This document shows positions 57,782 through 64,000 of a stretch of 64,000 nucleotides of DNA, piece by piece. The DNA lies in the NCBI GenBank assembly GCA_034670305.1, contig JAXMNT010000030.1, positions 29,026 through 93,025 of the forward strand, given 5' to 3'. The DNA comes from Deltaproteobacteria bacterium (GTDB taxonomy: Bacteria; Myxococcota_A; Polyangia; Polyangiales; Houyiibacteriaceae). Within the stretch, counting starts at the first letter, position 1; each line of letters opens with the position of its first letter. The notes beneath the pieces are model-generated. The model saw nothing but the letters and a program-made list of their open reading frames with translations, had not been told where the DNA came from and searched no databases. The position numbers and the translations under genes are program-made.

Positions 57782-59800
57782 TCAGTCCGGACCGTCGGGG
57801 CCGTCCGGCTCACCGGGCACGAGGAAGAACACGTCGCGTGCGTCGAGCTCCGTGAAGCCGTCGCCGAGGACGCGAAGCGTCGCGCGGAAGACCTGCGGGT
57901 CGACCGTGGGCATGACGGTGTCGTTCTGCTTCACGACGATGTCGAAGCAGACGCGCCCACCTGAGACATCGCGGAACGTGTCCGGGTAGCCGTCGCCGGT
58001 GGTGTCGTCGGCCGGGCGGGGATCGCACCCGCGCGCCGCGTCACCCGCGGTGTTGGCTTCGATGTGGTCGACGAACGCAGCGAACGACTCGACGCTGTCG
58101 CTCGGGTCGTCGATGTAGTCCACCGAGATGTCGAACTCGGCGCTGTTGGCCAGCGCGCGGATCTGGTTCACGACGGTCGTGGTCAGTGCCGCGTCGCCGC
58201 CGGCGTAGGTGGAGACGAACGGTGCGCCGGTGCCATCGACCGACCCGACGTCTCGACCGAACTGCTGCATGTGCGCGATGCCGCCCGAGCCCTGGCCGAC
58301 GCCGATGAAGCGGACGTTGTTGTCGACCGTTGCGGCGACCACGTCTGCGTACGAAGGCTCTCCGGTGATGCCGCTGTACGGGTAGATGTCGGCCGGCCCG
58401 TTGTGCCAGTAGATGTCGGTGATCATCACGACGATGGAGACCGCGCCGTCGCGGAAACACGGCCACCCGTGGGTGCCGGCCGGACAGTCGGTGCGTGCAC
58501 CCACCGAAGACCCGGGGAACGGGAGACCGTTGCCGGTGGCGAGCGCGTACATCGCCTGGCCGTGCGACTCGGGGCCGTCGTTGCCACCGCGGGGGGTGTA
58601 TCGGCTGGTCGCGGACTGTGCAGCGGCCACATCGCTTGTGATGTCCTGGAAGTTGGTGAAGGGCTGGTCGCCCGGGCTTCCGTACGGGCTGATCCCGTAG
58701 TCGCGGAACTCGCCGAGACCGAACTGGGTGCCTGCGATCTCACCCTGGATGCCCGGGATGAGCGAAGTGCGGATGGCGTTCTGCAGGGCGGTGATGGACG
58801 AACCCATCGAACCGGTCGTGTCCATCAAGAAGTACACGTCCGCGAACTGGATGTTGGTCGCGAAGTCGAGCGTGTCCCGCGGGGGGGTGGGCGGTGCTTC
58901 GAACGGCTCTTCGAAGAAGAAGCCACCGCGGGTACGTGGGCTCGAGGTCGGGTCGGTCGCGTCGTCGATGCACTCGGGCGAGCCGTCGCAGGCGCCGACT
59001 TCGATCGAGTCGGGCACTCCGTCTCCGTCCGTGTCCGCGAGCAATCGGTCGGTGCCGAGTTCACGCTCACGCGCATCGCTCAGTCCGTCGCCATCGCTGT
59101 CGCGATCGCGGAAGTCGGGCGCGAGGTCTCCGTCGGTGTCGACGGGCGGGGTGCTCGGATCCGAGTCGCCCGCTTCTTCCGCGTCGCTCCATCCATCGCC
59201 GTCCGAGTCCAGATCCTGCCGGTTCGGAATGCCGTCTTCGTCGCTGTCGAGGGGCACGGACTCGTGCAGGTCCGCGATCGTGTCGTCGTCCGAGTCGGTG
59301 TCGAGGTGATCGGGCAGTCCGTCGCCGTCGTAGTCCACCGGCGAGTCGCAGTCGCCGATCTCGACCGAGTCGCGGACCGAGTCGCCGTCGTTGTCGAGGT
59401 CGGCGTAGTCGCCGAGTCCATCGCCATCGGAGTCCGCGTTGCCTTCGATCGCGTCGGGGATGCAGTTGCCGTCGGCATCGAGATCCTGGAAGTCGGGCAC
59501 GCCGTCGCCGTCGCTGTCGACCGGGGGCCGCGAGCCGCCGCCTCCGCCGCGCTCGACGGAATCGGGGACGCCATCGCCGTCCGAGTCGAGGTCTCGGTAG
59601 TCGGGTGTGCCATCGCCGTCGGTGTCGGTGCCCGCGGAACGACCTTCGTAGTCGTCGCCGATCCCGTCGCCGTCTTCGTCGCGGTCCGGCGGCATGTCGC
59701 CACTGTCCGGACGCGGTCCACCGTCGATCCCTTCACCACCGCCCGGGGGGCAACCCGTGAGTCCAACCACCAAACACAACATCAAGCTCAAGCGATACAC
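57782..59800 (-). CDS. Lipoprotein with TSP3-like Ca-binding repeats and an integrin-beta-like vWA domain (CglD-like adhesin)
   Basis: Lipobox LTG-C; many DxDxDGxxD repeats; DVYFLMDTTGSM MIDAS, GGNDGPE and MITD motifs. Confidence 0.85.
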   Translation of the reverse strand: MYRLSLMLCLVVGLTGCPPGGGEGIDGGPRPDSGDMPPDRDEDGDGIGDDYEGRSAGTDTDGDGTPDYRDLDSDGDGVPDSVERGGGGGSRPPVDSDGDGVPDFQDLDADGNCIPDAIEGNADSDGDGLGDYADLDNDGDSVRDSVEIGDCDSPVDYDGDGLPDHLDTDSDDDTIADLHESVPLDSDEDGIPNRQDLDSDGDGWSDAEEAGDSDPSTPPVDTDGDLAPDFRDRDSDGDGLSDARERELGTDRLLADTDGDGVPDSIEVGACDGSPECIDDATDPTSSPRTRGGFFFEEPFEAPPTPPRDTLDFATNIQFADVYFLMDTTGSMGSSITALQNAIRTSLIPGIQGEIAGTQFGLGEFRDYGISPYGSPGDQPFTNFQDITSDVAAAQSATSRYTPRGGNDGPESHGQAMYALATGNGLPFPGSSVGARTDCPAGTHGWPCFRDGAVSIVVMITDIYWHNGPADIYPYSGITGEPSYADVVAATVDNNVRFIGVGQGSGGIAHMQQFGRDVGSVDGTGAPFVSTYAGGDAALTTTVVNQIRALANSAEFDISVDYIDDPSDSVESFAAFVDHIEANTAGDAARGCDPRPADDTTGDGYPDTFRDVSGGRVCFDIVVKQNDTVMPTVDPQVFRATLRVLGDGFTELDARDVFFLVPGEPDGPDGPD

Positions 59801-59966
59801 GACAATCCTCCGTCTTTTCCCAACGGAGGCATTGTACCGGATCCAGCGAACGCATGCTCAACCGCACAACGAAATGCAATCCACCCAACGCCCACCCGCA
59901 CCTACACGCGTGCCGAGGCTGGGCGGGCGAGTCTCGCGACGAGAGCCAGGCCCGAGTGGACAGCTG

Positions 59967-61697
59967 TCAGTCGCGGGGGCCCGGGGCGTCGAGGTCGTCG
60001 GGTCGGGTGAGGCCGACGACGCGGTAGTCGCCGCGCCCGAGCTGGTACAAATGCACGCGTGCCGGGCGCGATTCGTCATCGTTTGCGGACCAGAGCGCCT
60101 GCACGTCCACGATCATGTACGCAGGGTCTGCTTCGGTGGCGCCCTCGACGTTCGGCAGCCCCACGCAGATCTGGTCGGGGTGTCGGCGGGCGAGCGGCCC
60201 GACCTCGATGGGCTCGAGGGTGTCTCCGCCCAGGTGCTGCCAAGCCCGCGCCCAGTACGGCCGGGTCTCCCAGTCCACGAGCTCCGTCCGTACCACCAGG
60301 TCGGTCAAACACATGCGGGCACCGTCGGCCGTGGCCTGGATCCGAGGCGTGGTGAGTGGCGAGAGTTTGCGGAGCCAGCGCCGCAGGATTCGGTCGCGGC
60401 GACCGATCAAGATGCGGACGAGTTCTTCGCGCACGATGTCGTTCTGCACCTCGGCGGCTTCGACGATCGCCGCGACGTCGGATGCGGTGATGTTCGCGAT
60501 CGCGCGTCCCATCCACGCGTTGTCGTGCTCGCTCGCTTTGGAGAACGCCGGGTTCGGATAGCCGGGGCGGTACCGATCGGGTTCGAAGTTCTCTACGGCG
60601 AAGTAGCCGAGCACCTCGCCGGTCGGGCCCTTCTCCGCGTCGTTCCACGCCCGCGGGATCAACCCGAGCGTGAAGAAGTCCGCGAGCAAGAATCGGAGAT
60701 CGAAGTAGCTCGCGTGGCCGAGCCGGCGGCTGATGCCATCCCAGGACCATTGGCTGCCGAACGAGTCGCCGAAGTCGATGTAGTTGTGACGCACATGCCC
60801 GCGGGTCTCGCCCTCTTCGGTGATCCACATCGAGAGCGTGTTCTGCTCGCGCGCGTCGAAGTGGTTGATCCAAGACGCGAGCACGTACCCGCCGCGCAAC
60901 TCGCGCCGGTCCTCATGCGGAATCACGTCGTTGGGATCGTCGCTGCGGGTGCCCTCGTAGCGCCAGGGGCCGAGCGGGCGACCGGGCAAGAACGCGCTCG
61001 CGGTGGCGCGCATGCGGCCGTCCGGATGGCGCGACGCGCGGTCGAAGATCGGCGAGATGTGCGCCATCGTCATCGGCACGTCGTCGCCTTCGACTTCGAT
61101 GGTCGCACCGTCTTCGACTTGGAGGATCGAGGGGTCGAAGAACACGGTCCGGTTGCACGGCGCGAAGTACCCCGCCGCGTGGTAGAGCAGCGTGCCCATC
61201 ACGTCTGCTGCGGTGGCGCGCTCTGGCTGGTTCACGCTGTCGAACTTGAGAAGGAACTTGCGGCCCTCCGCGTCCTCCATGAGGAAGCCCGGGTTGGCAC
61301 CGTTCGGTTTGGCGCTCGTGACCATCCACGGACCGGCCGGATCGAGCGGATGGTCCAGACACGGTCCGCGCAACAGGGATTCGCGGTCGAGCGGCGCACG
61401 GCTCGCGCGGTTGGTGAACCAACTCGAGTCCGGCACCTCGTCCATCGCGTTGACGTTCACCGCTTCGCCGGCCGGATCGACCTGGAAGAAGCGGGACATC
61501 GGCCGGAACAACATCTGGTCCGCGCCGTCCCACGCGAAGGGCGAGTAGTACTCCTCTGGCACCGGCTCGAATGGGCGGAAGTCCTCCTCGTCCACCCACA
61601 TCGCGTCGGCGATCGGGAAACGCCGAATGGACGACGCACACCCGAGCGAGGTGACGAGCGCGAGCAGCGCCAGCTGGGTGATCCGATCAGAACTCAC
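59967..61697 (-). CDS. Lipoprotein with atypical protein-kinase-like (HipA/PI3-4K-like) motifs
   Basis: Lipobox SLG-C; LLKFD, downstream Glu, HFDAREQN and IDFG. Confidence 0.7.
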   Translation of the reverse strand: MSSDRITQLALLALVTSLGCASSIRRFPIADAMWVDEEDFRPFEPVPEEYYSPFAWDGADQMLFRPMSRFFQVDPAGEAVNVNAMDEVPDSSWFTNRASRAPLDRESLLRGPCLDHPLDPAGPWMVTSAKPNGANPGFLMEDAEGRKFLLKFDSVNQPERATAADVMGTLLYHAAGYFAPCNRTVFFDPSILQVEDGATIEVEGDDVPMTMAHISPIFDRASRHPDGRMRATASAFLPGRPLGPWRYEGTRSDDPNDVIPHEDRRELRGGYVLASWINHFDAREQNTLSMWITEEGETRGHVRHNYIDFGDSFGSQWSWDGISRRLGHASYFDLRFLLADFFTLGLIPRAWNDAEKGPTGEVLGYFAVENFEPDRYRPGYPNPAFSKASEHDNAWMGRAIANITASDVAAIVEAAEVQNDIVREELVRILIGRRDRILRRWLRKLSPLTTPRIQATADGARMCLTDLVVRTELVDWETRPYWARAWQHLGGDTLEPIEVGPLARRHPDQICVGLPNVEGATEADPAYMIVDVQALWSANDDESRPARVHLYQLGRGDYRVVGLTRPDDLDAPGPRD

Positions 61698-63156
61698 GAA
61701 CGCCTCCGAACATCACTCGGACCGATTGTACGTCGGGTCCGTTCTCGAACGTGTCGGTTCCGAACCCGACCAGGAACTCGAAGAAGTGGTCCCGCTGGTC
61801 CACCGCGGCGAGGCCGACCCCGAAACTCAAGCGCTGGTTTTGGATCGAGAAGTTCTCGAACTTGCCGTCGTACACGTTGCCCACCGCGACGTGCACCGTC
61901 GCGTCGAGCCAGTTCCAGACCGGCCAGTGGTAGTCCGCGAGCAGCGCCGCGTGGCTCTGTCCGACCAGGAACCGACCGAGGAAGCCGCGCATGGGACCGT
62001 TGCCGCTCAGGGCGGGCAGCTCGGTGAAGGGCACGTCGCCGTTGATCGATTCCGCGACCGCAAACGAGAGCTGCAGTCCGAGCACGTTCTGGCTGCCGCT
62101 CACGTCCACGTAGGCGCCCACCGATCCGCCGTAGTTGATCCAGAGCTGCTCGCCTGGGTGCCGGGCATCGAACGCGAGTTCGTACCCCGCGGTCACGCGT
62201 AGCCCGCTACCGGGTGCCGGACGGGCGCGCCGGGTGTCGATGGTGAGTTTGGCCGACTGGTAGAGGACGCTGATGCCGTCGCTGTAGCCCGGGGGCAACG
62301 CGTCCAACTGTCCGGCTTCGAAGCGGTCTTCGATCGAGATGTCGTCCGCGTCCGAGCCCACGTCCGAGTGGAACTCGGTGCGCCGGTAGCCGATGCCGAT
62401 GCGGAGGTTGCTCTGTCGCCAGAAGTTGCCCTGCGTGGTCAGCGCACCGGAGGCGCCGAGGTACCCGTACTCCGATTCGAGGTCTTCGTTGGCTTGGGAA
62501 CCAATGCCAAAGAAGCGTCCGTCGGGTCGGCGGACCGCGCCCCCAGAGACCTGGATCTGCCAGTCCTCGCTCGCCTGGTAGCGGTACGCGAGCGAACCGG
62601 TCTGCCAGGCGCGACCACCAAAGCTGAACCCCGCCCGCAGGTGGTTGTTCTTCGCGAGGAAGTCGTTGTAGCGAAAGTAGAGACCAACGTTCGGACGGAA
62701 CCCGAAATCGAACGTGAACGTCGGCGCGATGGCGATGTTGTTGCTTGGACCGAAAGTGAAGAACTGGACCACCTTGTCGGCGATCTCGTTCTCCTCGACA
62801 TTCGTGACGATGAGGCTCAGCGGCCTTCGGAGGAGAAACTCGGTGACGAGGTAGAGCGGGTAGAGCGGAATGCGGACAAACCACAAGAGCACGTCGCCCG
62901 CGGTGAGGGGCGCGTCTTGGCGACCGTCGTAGTTGGGCAGCGCGCGTTCGGGAATGTCGGGGTCGCTGTCGGGTTCGTGGTGTTCCAGCTCGAGCAGGGT
63001 CTGCGTCTCTTGCGCTCCGGGTTGCGCCAAGGCCGCGGAGACCCCCAAGCCCACGTCCGGAGCGAGGAGGGCCGTGGCCGAAACCAGCGCGACCGCGAGT
63101 GGCCAGATCCACCTGTCCGAGCGACGGCGCGGAGGTGGTTCGATCGGAGGACGCAC
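61687..63156 (-). CDS. Omp85/BamA-TamA family beta-barrel without an obvious POTRA domain
   Basis: Signal peptide, alternating beta-strands, lid-lock MRGF motif, terminal Phe. Confidence 0.8.
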   Translation of the reverse strand: MRPPIEPPPRRRSDRWIWPLAVALVSATALLAPDVGLGVSAALAQPGAQETQTLLELEHHEPDSDPDIPERALPNYDGRQDAPLTAGDVLLWFVRIPLYPLYLVTEFLLRRPLSLIVTNVEENEIADKVVQFFTFGPSNNIAIAPTFTFDFGFRPNVGLYFRYNDFLAKNNHLRAGFSFGGRAWQTGSLAYRYQASEDWQIQVSGGAVRRPDGRFFGIGSQANEDLESEYGYLGASGALTTQGNFWRQSNLRIGIGYRRTEFHSDVGSDADDISIEDRFEAGQLDALPPGYSDGISVLYQSAKLTIDTRRARPAPGSGLRVTAGYELAFDARHPGEQLWINYGGSVGAYVDVSGSQNVLGLQLSFAVAESINGDVPFTELPALSGNGPMRGFLGRFLVGQSHAALLADYHWPVWNWLDATVHVAVGNVYDGKFENFSIQNQRLSFGVGLAAVDQRDHFFEFLVGFGTDTFENGPDVQSVRVMFGGVREF

Positions 63157-63262
63157 CGCGCGACCCTACGGCCGACATCCCAGAACGGCCAGCCGTTCGT
63201 CTGCGTCCAAGCCACAGCCATGGGTTTTGGAAGAACCTCCCAAAACCAGCGTATCGTGGCTC

Positions 63263-63796
63263 ATGACACGTTCTTGCATCGCGCTGTTGTGCGCGTTTGG
63301 TTGTGCTTCTGCGCCGTCGTCTGAGTCCGAATCGACGACGAGGGAAGCAAGCACTGGGGGCGAGGTCGCCGGGGGCGAGGTCGAATCAACGGAGCAGGCG
63401 GGCGACGGATCGAGCGCAATCTCTCCGACCGCGACCGCACCCGCACCCGAGCCGTTCTCCTGCACCCGCGTCGACCTGATGTCCGTCCAGGTGCCGCGCT
63501 CCGCGTACGAGCGCCGCAACGGCAGCGGTGTCACGCGTTTCTCGGAACTCGAGACCTCGATGGAGAAACCGATGGAGGGCTGCGGGCTCGGCGAAGTGCT
63601 CGGCATGCTGGCGATGCTGAAGTGCGACGACGGCTCGAACCCGTACAGCGGTGACCCGCGCGCGGCGCATGCGTCGCGGGTTGGCAGCATGGGCGGCGGC
63701 GGCCGGTGCGGTTCGATCCTCGATCTCTACACCGCGCAGTGTCCGGAGGGCCCGCACGAGGTCTACGCCGACATGTACTTCTGCCCGGGCTCGTAG
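63263..63796 (+). CDS. Cys-rich hypothetical lipoprotein
   Basis: Lipobox AFG-C, S/T/E-rich linker, C-terminal domain with 6 Cys. Confidence 0.72.
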   Translation: MTRSCIALLCAFGCASAPSSESESTTREASTGGEVAGGEVESTEQAGDGSSAISPTATAPAPEPFSCTRVDLMSVQVPRSAYERRNGSGVTRFSELETSMEKPMEGCGLGEVLGMLAMLKCDDGSNPYSGDPRAAHASRVGSMGGGGRCGSILDLYTAQCPEGPHEVYADMYFCPGS

Positions 63797-63857
63797 TTTC
63801 GGCTCTCTCGGCCCGGCGTCGTTCGGCTCCCTAGCAGGTCGCTGAAAAGCGACCTGC

Positions 63858-63891
63858 TCCCTTGCCGTTGCCCTTGCCCGTGCCCTTGCCC
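63858..63891. repeat. (CCCTTG)n-type microsatellite downstream of a gene
   Basis: About 5 degenerate units; same motif as 4075-4113. Confidence 0.7.
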
Positions 63892-64000
63892 GCGTCGTGG
63901 ACGCCGTGTGTTTCGCGACGGCGAGGCGCGAATCGGAGCGCGATGCCCAGCGGACGAAGCCGCCGGGCATCGGTCGGTGCTACGCGGCGCAGCCGCGCGA

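Noticed and set aside
59967-61697. HipA toxin-antitoxin module
   Set aside because: The protein has a lipoprotein signal and no HipB-like HTH gene is adjacent.

Overview
GC-rich chromosomal window whose gene content (CglD-like vWA lipoprotein, many hybrid kinases, PilZ/FHA/PP2C proteins, sigma54 activator) suggests a myxobacterium (Myxococcota, probably Polyangia); this is an inference. It holds about 46 likely genes: lipid metabolism (SCP2, CaiB CoA-transferase, MaoC-FabG4-thiolase), GH172 lipoprotein, adenylate cyclase, ankyrin protein, TldD, a RavA/MoxR ATPase with two ternary-system-like partners, PP2C, leuB, archease-rtcB, a diiron/GT/flippase/MMPL cluster, a ~14 kb signalling island, an Hsp90-family gene, and an Omp85 + kinase-like lipoprotein + vWA adhesin block. 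No tRNA, rRNA, CRISPR or transposase was seen. Best leads: (1) a translationally coupled operon joining a PilZ-GNAT enzyme, a methyltransferase and a V4R-like sensor kinase cascade (candidate c-di-GMP-gated signal synthesis and sensing); (2) an unannotated ~108-nt sigma54-driven sRNA with two C-rich loops (Pxr-like layout); (3) a POTRA-less Omp85 coupled to a lipoprotein with protein-kinase-like motifs; (4) pervasive TANNNT boxes just upstream of start codons, suggesting leaderless mRNAs. All family calls come from reading motifs by eye, not from database searches. Many starts were moved downstream of the ORF-track starts.
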